64,000 nucleotides of DNA from the NCBI GenBank assembly GCA_022703645.1, contig JAKLDG010000001.1, positions 443,277-507,276 on the forward strand. Direction: 5' to 3'. The position numbers were made by a program, and so were the translations under genes. This document shows, one piece after another, positions 1 to 10,046 of this stretch (its first letter is position 1; every line of letters begins with the position of its first letter). Below the pieces are notes generated by a model, which was not told the DNA's origin, ran no database searches, and was given only the letters and a program-made list of their open reading frames with translations. Source of the DNA: Patescibacteria group bacterium (GTDB lineage: Bacteria > Patescibacteriota > JACPGU01).

Positions 1-173
1 AACTATTTTATAAAAATAGCGGTTTAAGTCAGTTTTTAATAAAAATACTTGCCAAGGTTATTTATTTGTGTTATAATTACTGATGTTCAAACAAATGGGG
101 GAGGGGAAGAGTGCTTCGAACGCACTCATCTTAATTCAAATAAACCCAAAAATATAACTAAAATAAGACAAAT

Positions 174-734
174 ATGACACCAAACAACAAAAAAGAGGCG
201 AGTATCGACCTTGATATTGTGCGACATTTATTAGAATCTGCCGAGGCCCAAATAAGATCGGCAAAACAACTCTTATCTGAATCTGACGGTAAACCAACCA
301 AAAGATTAAAAAGAACTAATTTTGATGAGAAAGCAGCTGATTTGAATATTCTTTCTGAAGGACGAATTATTGAAGGAATTTTTGACGGTGAAATGATGAT
401 CGGACCTGATAAGAAAAAATATCCCGTACCGGCAAACTACGCAAGCAAATCAAAATTTGTTGCTGGAGATGTTCTAAAATTAACTATTGAAGATGATGGA
501 TCTTTTATTTATAAACAAATAAAGCCAGTTGACAGAAAGCGCCTAGTAGGTTCATTATTGTATGAAGAAGGGCAATACAAAGTTCTGGCCGGTGGCAAAG
601 CATATAAAGTGCTTTTAGCTTCTGTAACATACTTCAAATTGCAACCGGGCGACAGTGTTACTGTAGCAGTTCCATCCGAAGATGATTCTGATTGGGCGGC
701 AATTGAAAGCGCGGCAATTAACCAAGAAGAATAA
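174..734 (+). CDS. hypothetical protein (charged, no recognisable domain)
   Basis: 186-aa ORF on the rare plus strand; lysine-rich N-terminus; no motif I can assign. Confidence 0.5.
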   Translation: MTPNNKKEASIDLDIVRHLLESAEAQIRSAKQLLSESDGKPTKRLKRTNFDEKAADLNILSEGRIIEGIFDGEMMIGPDKKKYPVPANYASKSKFVAGDVLKLTIEDDGSFIYKQIKPVDRKRLVGSLLYEEGQYKVLAGGKAYKVLLASVTYFKLQPGDSVTVAVPSEDDSDWAAIESAAINQEE

Positions 735-783
735 AAGTTTATTTATAGTTTTTAAATTAAAAAAATAATAATAAGCCACCCAA

Positions 784-3264
784 ATGAAAGCTACAAAAAC
801 ATTGTTTATTGCTCTATTTTTTTCGCTATTATTCCTTTGCATTCCTTCTGTAAAAGCCGATTCTCTAATATCGAATATTGCTGCCGGAACAAAACCGGTC
901 GCGATCGCAGTCAACCAGACGACGAATAAGATCTATGTGGCCAACCAAACAAGCGGCAATGTTTCGGTTATTAATGGCGCAACTAATGCGTGGATAAAAA
1001 ACATTACTGTCGGCACGGGCCCCAGAGCAATCGCGGTTAACTCAGTTACTAATCGAATTTTTGTAGCAAATACTAGCTCAAATAATGTATCAGTTATTGA
1101 TGGATCAACTGATACTCTGATTTCAAATATCGCAACAGGTAATAATCCTTTATCATTAGATATCAATACTGCGACAAATAAGGTTTATGTTGCAAACAGC
1201 GGACTAAGTAAAAACGTTACTATTATTGACGGCGCAACTCTTACAACAACAAATGTTGGTGTTGGAACTTATCCGACCGATATTATAGTAAACCAAGCAG
1301 CAAATAAAATTTATGTTGTTAATAATGGCGATAGCACTGTAAGCGTTATTAACGGCGCAACAGGGACAGTTTCCAAAACTATCAGCGCGGCTGGTTTTTA
1401 TATTGCTTTTAATTCAGCAACAAATAAATTCTATTTATCTACAACAAGCAATGGAAATATCAGCGTTATCAATGGCGCAACTGATACTCTTTCCTCAACT
1501 ATAGCTGTAACAGGAGGATTTGGGATGTATAAACCATCAGTCAACATAACTACTAATAAGATTTATCTTGCTGATCCATTTGCAAATAGTGTTTTTATTC
1601 TTGATGGCGCAACCGATGCTCTTTCTACTCAAATAAGTTTGGGAGCAGGAAACAGCCCGCGCTACGTTTCATATAATCCCATAACAAATAAAATCTACGT
1701 AACGAATTCCGCTACCAATTTATTAAAAGTTTATGATGGGTCATCAAATAATCTGGTAAGTTCTTTGACTACCGGAGCATATCCAATGGCTATCGGAATT
1801 AATCAAGCTACAAGTAAAATTTATGTTCTCAATCAAAACGGAAGTAACGTTTCAATCTTTGATGGAAGTATTCCAACTATCACGACATTAACTCCAAATT
1901 CAGGTATTGTAGGCTCTTCTGTAACGATTTCTGGAACTGGTTTTGGGTCTGTACAGGGAACTTCCACAGTTAAATTTAATGGTATAACTGCGACAGTTAC
2001 CAGCTGGTCAGCAACAAGTATTGTTGTTACAGTACCAACTGGAGCAACAACTGGAAATGTTATTGTAACGACAAGCGCGGGAACGAGTAATGGAATATCC
2101 TTTACCGTAACTGTTCCTTCAAGTCCATTACAAAACCTGCAAGGTGGGGCTTACTATATGGTAGGTGACAAAAACCAAGGAAAAATTTACGCGCTAATGG
2201 CACTGGACACTTTTAAATTCGCAATTATTGACCATGCAACTGGAAGTGTATCTTATAAAAATGTTTCCGGTTTTGCGCCGAAAGAAACTGCTGCTCTTCA
2301 TTTTTCCATCAACCCGACAACAAGCAAGATCTATCTCCCATATTCTAAACCCAATTCATCAATGAAAAACAATCTGGCTATTATAGACGAAAACACATTT
2401 AAAACCATAAAAGATTTTAAAAATCTTGCTTCAATTGATATTAAAAAAATCGTTGTCGATGAGACTGGAAATCGAATTTTTGTCCTTGACGGCAGCGGAA
2501 CAATAACCGTAATTTCTGGTTCAACAAATAAAACAGTTACTGAACTTTCGGTTTCTACTGGATATTCCTATGTAGCAACAGATATTGAATATGATCCCAT
2601 TAGAAACAAAATTTATACTATTGGTTATAATAATTCCGCAAAAACAAAATCCATGACTGTAGTAAATGGAGCTACATACAAAATCTTGAAATCAATGGTT
2701 TTTACGGGAAAATTAAACCCTGGAGGACAGATATTTTTAGATAGCACAAATGCAAAAGTGTATGTAAATTTTCCAGTATCAGCATATCCTTCAAGCGGAT
2801 TGGTTTTTGCGATTGACGGTATATCAGATACTATAACTAAAACTATCACCTTACCAGACTTTTTTGTAGGGTTATCAATAGATTCAGCCCACGGCAAGGT
2901 TTATATATTAACTAGCTACAAGATTATCGTTATTAATGCCGGCACTTTGGCTGATATTACCACAATTACAAGCACCGATCGTAATTTCCTTATCACAGCA
3001 AACCAGCAAACAGGTAAAATCTATGTCTTTCAAGATTCCGTTTCTGCACCAATTCATGACGGTACTGGATATCAAGTAAAAGTTTATGATGGCACAAGTT
3101 ATTCATTGATAGATACTAAAACCTTTCCGTATCCAGTTGCAGCCGGAACGTCTTGCAATAAATTAGCAATAGAGTTTAATAATAAGTACTATATTATTGG
3201 CACAGTTGCTTGGCAGTATGCAAAAGTCAGCAGCGCACCAGCATACTTGATGATTGCTAATTAA
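784..3264 (+). CDS. secreted surface protein with tandem YVTN-type beta-propeller repeats and an IPT/TIG-like domain
   Basis: N-terminal signal peptide MKATKTLFIALFFSLLFLCIPSVKA. More than 10 copies of a ~40-aa unit 'NKIYVANxxSGNVSVI(N/D)GATN' (YVTN beta-propeller signature). Segment 'SGIVGSSVTISGTGFG..TVKFNGITATVTSWSATSIVVTVPTGATTGNVIVTT' is a typical IPT/TIG fold signature. Confidence 0.75.
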   Translation: MKATKTLFIALFFSLLFLCIPSVKADSLISNIAAGTKPVAIAVNQTTNKIYVANQTSGNVSVINGATNAWIKNITVGTGPRAIAVNSVTNRIFVANTSSNNVSVIDGSTDTLISNIATGNNPLSLDINTATNKVYVANSGLSKNVTIIDGATLTTTNVGVGTYPTDIIVNQAANKIYVVNNGDSTVSVINGATGTVSKTISAAGFYIAFNSATNKFYLSTTSNGNISVINGATDTLSSTIAVTGGFGMYKPSVNITTNKIYLADPFANSVFILDGATDALSTQISLGAGNSPRYVSYNPITNKIYVTNSATNLLKVYDGSSNNLVSSLTTGAYPMAIGINQATSKIYVLNQNGSNVSIFDGSIPTITTLTPNSGIVGSSVTISGTGFGSVQGTSTVKFNGITATVTSWSATSIVVTVPTGATTGNVIVTTSAGTSNGISFTVTVPSSPLQNLQGGAYYMVGDKNQGKIYALMALDTFKFAIIDHATGSVSYKNVSGFAPKETAALHFSINPTTSKIYLPYSKPNSSMKNNLAIIDENTFKTIKDFKNLASIDIKKIVVDETGNRIFVLDGSGTITVISGSTNKTVTELSVSTGYSYVATDIEYDPIRNKIYTIGYNNSAKTKSMTVVNGATYKILKSMVFTGKLNPGGQIFLDSTNAKVYVNFPVSAYPSSGLVFAIDGISDTITKTITLPDFFVGLSIDSAHGKVYILTSYKIIVINAGTLADITTITSTDRNFLITANQQTGKIYVFQDSVSAPIHDGTGYQVKVYDGTSYSLIDTKTFPYPVAAGTSCNKLAIEFNNKYYIIGTVAWQYAKVSSAPAYLMIAN

Positions 3265-3295
3265 AATAATTCAAAGAAAATTATATCTAATGCAA

Positions 3296-3318
3296 AAACC
3301 GCCGAATGGCGGTTTTTG
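3296..3318 (+). terminator. rho-independent terminator of the beta-propeller gene
   Basis: Perfect hairpin ACCGCC-GAAT-GGCGGT (3298-3313) followed by TTTTT, about 30 nt after the stop at 3264. Confidence 0.75.
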
Positions 3319-3921
3319 CATTTCCAAAATTTGTATTTTTTAACATTCTCTATAATTCCTATTTGAATTTTCAATCTCAAATGAACAAATACTCGTCAAA
3401 TTATAGAAAATCGATTCTAGAGCATTTAAACGCGAAATAGTCATTTTTCCAGGTTCAATTAGGGTGAGATTAGTAGGATTTATAGGATTTTTAAGACATT
3501 TTTGACATTTGAGAAAAAAATTAAAAAATGAGTAGGGGAGACTAGAGTAGATTTTGCGACATTCGCGGAATCCAAACGAATGTGCGCAAAATCTACGATA
3601 TGTTATGTGACAATGAAGAAGGGGAGCGAAAGCAAAAATATTTTTAATTTCCAAAATATTTATTGTAAATTTGAATAGCGGGGAATAAACCTTTTCTAAA
3701 TGAAACCCTTCTTCAGTGTCGCATAACATATATTGTGCGACGTACTAAAACTGTTACCCTATCTCAATTTGTCACGTTTTTTTATGCGCAACAAAATGCG
3801 CATTTTTTTGACCCCCCTACTCCCCAGCTCAATCATTCCTATAAAATTCCAGATTTTTCGGTATTTATATATTGCAACATATTCCCCTATTTTGTCAAGT
3901 ATTACTATTTTCAAAATAACA

Positions 3922-3938
3922 GGGCGCTTTTGGCGCCC
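3922..3938 (-). terminator. terminator downstream of the DAHP synthase gene
   Basis: GGGCGC-TTTTG-GCGCCC hairpin; on the minus strand it is followed by a T-rich run (TGTTATTTTG). Confidence 0.5.
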
Positions 3939-3965
3939 CATTTAAAAATGAAAATTTAAAAATAC

Positions 3966-4991
3966 TTAGATAGCCTTATCAAATACCGGAGCAATGCGCT
4001 TCAGCTCGCTCATAAGTTTTCCAAATTTTTCTATCGTAAGGCTTTGCGGACCATCGCAAAGTGCCTCCCATGGTTTGGGATGAACTTCGACCAATAATCC
4101 ATCAAACCCCCCTGCGACCGCCATTTTTGTGCTAATAGCGATCAGCTCGCGTATTCCAGTACCATGCGAAGGATCTATTATAACAGGCAGGTGTGTCATA
4201 ACAGTTTTCAGATATGCCGCGCCACCAAGATCTAGGGTGTTGCGCGTAGCTGTTTCAAAAGTACGTATTCCCCTCTCGCAAAGAATAACATTGGGATTAC
4301 CTTCCGATAAAATGTATTCTGCACTTTGCATTAATTCGTCCAGCGTCATTGAAAGTCCTCTTTTTAGAACCACTGGACGGACTCCCCTGCCGACTTCTTT
4401 CAGCAGATCGGAATTCTGCGCATTACGCGCGCCAATTTGCAAAATATCAACTACTTCACTCATTTTCTCGACCATCTGAGGTCTTGTGATCTCTGAAACA
4501 ATTGGCAAACCAATTTCTCCTTTAAGGCCATGAACGATCTCTATGCCCTCTTCTTCCATCCCCTGAAAAGCATACGGACCAGTTCTGGGCTTGTAAATGC
4601 CAACTCGCAGCATTGCGGCACCAGCCGCTTTTACCCCAGCTGCAGCGCTCATGAGCTGTTCCGGCGATTCCAGAGCGCAGGGACCGGCAATTACCACAAA
4701 TCTACCGTTGCCTATTTCTACATCCCCTACATGAATCTTTGTTTGAATCTTCGCCGCTTTTGCCGTAAGCTTGTAAGGCTTTGTTATTGGAGTTACTCTT
4801 TCCACCCCGTCCATTTGGGAAAAATGATCGATTAGTGGCTGCCTCTGATTGGTATCAATTATACCAATTATGGCAACCACAACGTTTTCTTTTCCCCTAT
4901 TCTCAACCACTTCAAAGCCCCTTGCCTCAACTTCCTTGCGAACCGTAGAGATATGTGATTCGCTTGCGCCACTTCTCATAATAATAACCAT
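3966..4991 (-). CDS. 3-deoxy-7-phosphoheptulonate (DAHP) synthase, class I-beta, with N-terminal ferredoxin-like/ACT regulatory domain (KDO8P synthase not fully excluded)
   Basis: 341 aa. N-terminal ~70-aa regulatory domain, then a catalytic core with 'RFVVIAGPCALES', 'LRVGIYKPRTGPYAFQG', 'VSEI', 'LQIGARN', 'VILCERGIRTFE' and 'IIDPSHG', characteristic of the DAHPS/KDO8PS TIM-barrel family. Architecture resembles Thermotoga/Bacillus-type DAHPS. Confidence 0.7.
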   Translation of the reverse strand: MVIIMRSGASESHISTVRKEVEARGFEVVENRGKENVVVAIIGIIDTNQRQPLIDHFSQMDGVERVTPITKPYKLTAKAAKIQTKIHVGDVEIGNGRFVVIAGPCALESPEQLMSAAAGVKAAGAAMLRVGIYKPRTGPYAFQGMEEEGIEIVHGLKGEIGLPIVSEITRPQMVEKMSEVVDILQIGARNAQNSDLLKEVGRGVRPVVLKRGLSMTLDELMQSAEYILSEGNPNVILCERGIRTFETATRNTLDLGGAAYLKTVMTHLPVIIDPSHGTGIRELIAISTKMAVAGGFDGLLVEVHPKPWEALCDGPQSLTIEKFGKLMSELKRIAPVFDKAI

Positions 4992-5200
4992 CTTCTTCCT
5001 ATCCTCCTTGTATTTTTTGATTTTTTAATGAACAAATAAAAAACTGACCGTTTTCGATCAGCTTTATACTTATTTAATCGATGATAAATAAAAGTTAGCT
5101 GATCGGTTGGTCAGTAAAGAAAAAGAAATACCAGCTATTCAACCTAACTATATTTTTCATAAAATTAATTATAATATAATATTCAAAGTCTTGTCAAATA

Positions 5201-8191
5201 TTAATGCAATTGAATTGATCCACCGGGATGAATAACGTTCTCATCTTTTTTATCTTCCTCTTCTGGCTGCGGCACTTGGGTATTTACAACTACCGTCCCC
5301 TGGTCTTCGTTTGAATCTTTTTTCATTATTTCAATACTGCCAAAATCCTTTGCAAGTTCTTCTTCGTTTGGTTTTTTATCGGCTGGTTCGGTATTTACTA
5401 CCACTCCCCCACTCTCCATTAGATTTTGAACCTGTTGAACAGGTTTAGTTTCCGTTTTTTCTTGCGGAATTTCTTTAATTTCCTCTTTAATTTCTTCCTT
5501 TTCCCCTTTTCCCTGTTTCTCTTCTAAATTCGTTATTCCAGATTCTAGATTCTTCTCCGCCTTCTTTTTTGCATACCAAATCCCACCTACTTTATCCTTA
5601 ATTTCACGGAATTTTTCGCCTGGTTTTTCTGTCACTTCTGGCAAAGATTCAGCGTCAATTAACTTGCCAAATCCCTTTTTATCTCCGAAATCTTTTTTCT
5701 TACCTTCAAGCTCCGCCATCTGAGCTGACCAAGTTAAAATAGCTTGTTCAACATCAGCTCTTGGCACAGCATATTTTGCGCGGGACTCTGCAATTATTCT
5801 ATCTCCAAGACCTTGAAACTTTCTAATATCTTTGAAATAAACGGTAGTAGCAGAAAAAGCTGGGTTTACCGCACCGTCAATTGTCATCTTCACGTAAATA
5901 TGTCTGTTGCTAAGATTTACCAAGTCAACTTCATCAAACACTGGTTCAAATGTTTTCTTAAATACTGGAGCATCATCCACGCTCACACGGAATGCGATAG
6001 TATTTCCTACGTTACCAAATACGGCATCACGGATTTCCGGATCCATTTGCGCGACATATTGGTGAGCCATTATTAGATTCAATTTATATTTTCTAGCCTC
6101 TGCAAGAATTGTTGCAAAAGAAGTGGTCGCAAAGTTCTGGAACTCGTCAACGTATAAGTAAAAGTCTTTCATATCTTCTTCTCTCATCGTTGATCTTTCC
6201 ATAGCGGTCAGCTGAATTTTGGTAATAATCATTGCACCAAGTAGAGCCATATTATCTTCACCGATTTCACCCTTGGAAATTTTTACCAAGAGGATTTTTT
6301 GATTATCCATTATATCTTTGATATCAAAAGTGCTTTGCGGCTGGCCAACAATATTACGAATCGATGGAACAGACAAAAATTGTCCAATTTTATTTTGAAT
6401 CGGAGCAATCGCTTCGGTAGCAAAACGCGGATTGGTTTTGAGTTGTACCTCATATTCATCTGTCCAAAATGCTTTTACGACTGGATCAGCAATATTATCC
6501 ACAATCATTTTGCGATAACCAGTATTCGTCAACATCTTGGTGGCTGAAAGCATTGTCGTTCCAGGTGTTTCCATGAGAGCGAGAATGATGTTTTTCATGA
6601 TATATTCCATACGCGCAGACCAGACGCCTTCCCATATTTTTTTGAATATACTCATCATCCCGGATGCTAATATTTCCCTCTTATGAACATCCACATTTTC
6701 GAGCAGATTGAATCCAAGACTGTATTCTCTATCTCCAGGATTTAGGTAGACAACATCATTAATACGTTTTTCCGGAATATAATCGAGCGCGGTATCCACA
6801 AATTCTCCGTGCGGATCAATAATCGCCAATCCCCTGCCCTCATCAATATCATCAAGTACCATGTTCTTCATCACGGTTGTTTTACCGGTTCCAGTTTGAC
6901 CAATGATATACATATGACGTCTGCGATCATCCATCTTAATTCCAAAATTCATATCTTTATCGCGGAAATTAACTTTACCAAAAACAGTCAAATCCTGTGA
7001 ATCCACAACTCCTTCCAAAGGCAATGTTGCAGGAGGCTCGCCTTTTTTGCTGCCTGCCCAATCGATGGTTGGAGTCTCTACAGTAACAGTTGGCAAGTGG
7101 AAAAGTGATGCCAACTCCTCAATATTAAATATGAACCCAGATTCTTCAAAATGTCTGGCTTGTACTGCATTAAGGTATTCGAAATCATCAAAATAAAGTC
7201 CTTTTGCCGCAAATCCATTGAGGTTTGAAGCATTAAATTGTTTAAAAGCTCCAACGATTGACTGCATTTTTATTTTCAGTTCTTCTGAAGATTTATTTGA
7301 TAAAAATGTTAAACGAATTTTTGTTTCATAACCAAGTTTGGTTGATTTTTCTTCAATCGCTTTCACTGCTTGTTCTACTGGACCGGGTAATTTAAAATCT
7401 TTTGATCCTTTACTTAAAGCTTCGGGAGATGCCAACAATTTAAAAAATAAAAATACTATTGAAAATAACTTCTTAATTATCCCCATTCCTGTAAAGGTAA
7501 ATTTAGAATCAGGTTTTTTACCAGATTTAATATCCGATACATATTTCATTGCACTTTGCTGCCATAAATCATCGACAGGACGGGTCAAAATCTGGATCCA
7601 AATCTGCTCGCCTTCATTCAATTGTGATATTACTCCGGTTATACTCGCCAAGGGATCCACTTCGAAATTTTGAAAAGATTTAATCGGATAAAAACTATTT
7701 CTGTTTAATATCAATTCTGTTCCGACAAAATGTATTCCCTCCGGCCTTTTGACTAATGTATAGTCTTCAACTTCTGATATTTCTACTGTCGGATATTGAG
7801 CATAAATCTGACCTTGAACAAAATCAACAAGATGTACCGGCACATAAACATAGAACCGCAGGTATTTATCTGAAGATACGATTTCAAAACTGATATGCTC
7901 CTGAAAAGATCCTTCTTCTAGTTTTTCTTTGGTACTTTTATGAATACCATGAAGAGACGCAAACATCATTTGTGCCGAAAGTGGCCCTTTTTCGTTCGCC
8001 CGAGGAACCTTAATAAGTAATGTGGTGTATTTTTGCTTTACTAGCCAAAGTCTTTTTCTACGCTTGCTATAAGCTTTTATAATTAACGAAAAACCAAAAA
8101 TCCAACCACCTATGATTAGTAAATAAAAAATGATTCGAAATGCGCCGAATAAGATGTCGGAGAAACTAAAACCATTAGATATTGATTCCAT
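5201..8191 (-). CDS. membrane-anchored P-loop ATPase of the type IV coupling protein (VirD4/TraG/TrwB-like) family
   Basis: 996 aa. N-terminal transmembrane segment (FGAFRIIFYLLIIGGWIFGFSLII). Walker A 'HMYIIGQTGTGKTTVMKNMVLDDIDEGRGLAIIDPHGEF' parallels TrwB 'GxTGxGKS...IVDPNG'. Walker B 'YLYVDEFQNF'. Long acidic/lysine-rich C-terminal tail. Confidence 0.65.
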   Translation of the reverse strand: MESISNGFSFSDILFGAFRIIFYLLIIGGWIFGFSLIIKAYSKRRKRLWLVKQKYTTLLIKVPRANEKGPLSAQMMFASLHGIHKSTKEKLEEGSFQEHISFEIVSSDKYLRFYVYVPVHLVDFVQGQIYAQYPTVEISEVEDYTLVKRPEGIHFVGTELILNRNSFYPIKSFQNFEVDPLASITGVISQLNEGEQIWIQILTRPVDDLWQQSAMKYVSDIKSGKKPDSKFTFTGMGIIKKLFSIVFLFFKLLASPEALSKGSKDFKLPGPVEQAVKAIEEKSTKLGYETKIRLTFLSNKSSEELKIKMQSIVGAFKQFNASNLNGFAAKGLYFDDFEYLNAVQARHFEESGFIFNIEELASLFHLPTVTVETPTIDWAGSKKGEPPATLPLEGVVDSQDLTVFGKVNFRDKDMNFGIKMDDRRRHMYIIGQTGTGKTTVMKNMVLDDIDEGRGLAIIDPHGEFVDTALDYIPEKRINDVVYLNPGDREYSLGFNLLENVDVHKREILASGMMSIFKKIWEGVWSARMEYIMKNIILALMETPGTTMLSATKMLTNTGYRKMIVDNIADPVVKAFWTDEYEVQLKTNPRFATEAIAPIQNKIGQFLSVPSIRNIVGQPQSTFDIKDIMDNQKILLVKISKGEIGEDNMALLGAMIITKIQLTAMERSTMREEDMKDFYLYVDEFQNFATTSFATILAEARKYKLNLIMAHQYVAQMDPEIRDAVFGNVGNTIAFRVSVDDAPVFKKTFEPVFDEVDLVNLSNRHIYVKMTIDGAVNPAFSATTVYFKDIRKFQGLGDRIIAESRAKYAVPRADVEQAILTWSAQMAELEGKKKDFGDKKGFGKLIDAESLPEVTEKPGEKFREIKDKVGGIWYAKKKAEKNLESGITNLEEKQGKGEKEEIKEEIKEIPQEKTETKPVQQVQNLMESGGVVVNTEPADKKPNEEELAKDFGSIEIMKKDSNEDQGTVVVNTQVPQPEEEDKKDENVIHPGGSIQLH

Positions 8192-8255
8192 AATATTATA
8201 ATACCAGAATTGTAAATGTATTTAAAGTGGATTTGATATCAAGATTGATATCATT

Positions 8256-8280
8256 CGGGCCGCGCTAAAAGCGCGGCCCG
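8256..8280. terminator. GC-rich hairpin (terminator-like) between the sigma-like gene and the coupling-protein gene
   Basis: Perfect 10-bp stem CGGGCCGCGC-TAAAA-GCGCGGCCCG, striking in an AT-rich intergenic region; A-rich upstream and TTTTTT downstream on the plus strand. Confidence 0.5.
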
Positions 8281-8322
8281 AATTATTCTATTTTTTGATT
8301 AATTGTTTTATTGCTTTTATGT

Positions 8323-9411
8323 TTATTTTTTCACTATGTAACCTTCGGCTGTTTTGCTGAATTTTGGTGAGTTTTGCAGGTTTATGAGTACCGTTGCTTT
8401 CTTAACTTTCTTTTTCTTCATAACTTCTTCGACTATATCTTCCTGACTCATTGGCTGCCCTTTAGTTAATATCTTTTCAATAACTTCTTCTACAGTTCCA
8501 GGTTCAAATCCCCAGTCGGATAGTCCGTACAACCCCCTGCCAACAAGTATAAAGCGTTTGTCAGAGATCAGTTCATTATGAATTGTTTGTACAGTAGCGT
8601 TCTTTTGATCAAAGGAAGCGTTTTTTATTGAATTAAATATCTCAGTAAAATGCATTGGTTCATTCTTTTTTGACAAAACATAGAATATCTTGTCGCGAAT
8701 GGTTTTTGGTTTTACCCAAGGCCAGCTTGTCAAGCCTCTTTTACCATCTTCAGTAGCGTGTAGCTTTTTTGATATATCAATAGTTGATTTTAGGAATTCC
8801 GGATTAACGTATTTCGCATGTTTTTGTGCCACAGCATGTTTTAAAACTTCAGCCATTATAATTTCATCATTCATAGTTTCTTTTCTGCTATCAAGAATTT
8901 CACCAAAAGCTTTCACAATGTCTTCTATCACCTCTTTTTTATAAGTTGCAAGAGCCCATCCAGATTTAGTATGTTCCGTTTCTTCGATAGTTTGAATTTC
9001 ATTGCTCAAAAGCAAAAGGAATTTTAAAATCTTTTTGATTTCTTCGGTTCTGTTCTGCTCAAGATCAAGAATTAATTCATTAACTAGTTTATCTTCTTGG
9101 ATAACTCCCCCATTATTTTCGATAATAGTCTTTATTTTATCAAAAACCGGTTTATTGTGCTCTAAAATAACAAGTTTTCTTAACTTATTCAAAGAAGCAA
9201 CTTCTATCTGACGAATTCTTTCTCTGGTAACACCAAACTCCTTCCCTATTGCATCTAGAGTTATTTTCTTTCTGCCAGAAAGACCAAAACGTTTCATGAG
9301 AACCTTTTGCTGTTTTTCTTTCAGGTTGGAAACAAGATCACGAGCAAACTGATTAAAATGAGAATCTTTGATCCTTATTTCTCCTCCTACGTTTTTGGTT
9401 GTATTAGCCAT
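8323..9411 (-). CDS. DNA-binding protein: sigma-70 region-4-like HTH (N-terminal) fused to a HARE-HTH domain (C-terminal)
   Basis: 362 aa. The N-terminal stretch 'RFGLSGRKKITLDAIGKEFGVTRERIRQIEVASLNKLRK' is a canonical sigma-70 region 4.2 HTH. The C-terminal stretch 'EPMHFTEIFNSI...TVQTIHNELISDKRFILVGRGLYGLSDWG' matches the HARE-HTH pattern of RNA polymerase delta (RpoE) N-terminal domains. Confidence 0.6.
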   Translation of the reverse strand: MANTTKNVGGEIRIKDSHFNQFARDLVSNLKEKQQKVLMKRFGLSGRKKITLDAIGKEFGVTRERIRQIEVASLNKLRKLVILEHNKPVFDKIKTIIENNGGVIQEDKLVNELILDLEQNRTEEIKKILKFLLLLSNEIQTIEETEHTKSGWALATYKKEVIEDIVKAFGEILDSRKETMNDEIIMAEVLKHAVAQKHAKYVNPEFLKSTIDISKKLHATEDGKRGLTSWPWVKPKTIRDKIFYVLSKKNEPMHFTEIFNSIKNASFDQKNATVQTIHNELISDKRFILVGRGLYGLSDWGFEPGTVEEVIEKILTKGQPMSQEDIVEEVMKKKKVKKATVLINLQNSPKFSKTAEGYIVKK

Positions 9412-9555
9412 ATTACCACTTCTTATTTATAAGTAAACTCTCCTTTAAAAAAATAAGGCAAATCAAGCCATATTTGATTTATGCGAATATTATAACATGC
9501 CAGAAAAACCCTGTCAACACTTTTTTATTTCAGTACTGCTAATCTGTACAAAATA

Positions 9556-9580
9556 TAACAAAAAAGGGCTTTTGGCCCTT
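9556..9580 (-). terminator. rho-independent terminator of the small membrane protein gene
   Basis: AAGGGC-TTTTG-GCCCTT hairpin (9564-9580); on the minus strand it is followed by TTTTTG. Confidence 0.6.
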
Positions 9581-9604
9581 AATCATAAACCTTATAAAAC
9601 ATTA

Positions 9605-9976
9605 TTATAGAATAGTCCCCTTTTCATCTTTTTCTTTATCTTTGAGAAATCTCTTAAAGTAAAAATCACTCAAAACTCCAATATTTTGCATAATTCGGAA
9701 CATAAAAACCACTATTATTCCTAGGTATAGATCAAGATTAAGTTTATCACCAAGATAAACAAAAAAGGTTGCCAAGAACATATAGAATAAAAGGCTCACA
9801 ATAAAGTTTGCAATGCGGAACTCTTTCTTTGACTGTGCGCAGATGGCCCCAATTATTGAATCAAGTATTGCAAGAATGGCTACGGCAGTATAGCGAGAAT
9901 AATCTACAGGAATATTGAAAGGTATAAAAACCCCAAGAACTGTACCAGCTAAAATCCCTAGAAGTGCATAAAGCAT
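9605..9976 (-). CDS. small integral membrane protein (DUF1290 / small-basic-protein-like)
   Basis: 123 aa, 3-4 predicted TM helices, basic C-terminal tail; resembles Bacillus Sbp-type small basic proteins. Family assignment is tentative. Confidence 0.5.
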   Translation of the reverse strand: MLYALLGILAGTVLGVFIPFNIPVDYSRYTAVAILAILDSIIGAICAQSKKEFRIANFIVSLLFYMFLATFFVYLGDKLNLDLYLGIIVVFMFRIMQNIGVLSDFYFKRFLKDKEKDEKGTIL

Positions 9977-10046
9977 ATTTTGTGTTTATTTATTATCTAA
10001 TACCCATTAGTGATAATTCGTCTTAATTCGAGATAATTCGCGATTC

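Noticed and set aside
3340-3959. Small ORFs in the 700-bp convergent intergenic region
   Set aside because: Short, overlapping on both strands, no start-site signals, low-complexity translations. Treated as noncoding.
4129-4835. Plus-strand ORFs inside the DAHP synthase gene
   Set aside because: Antisense to a gene with clear family motifs. Spurious.
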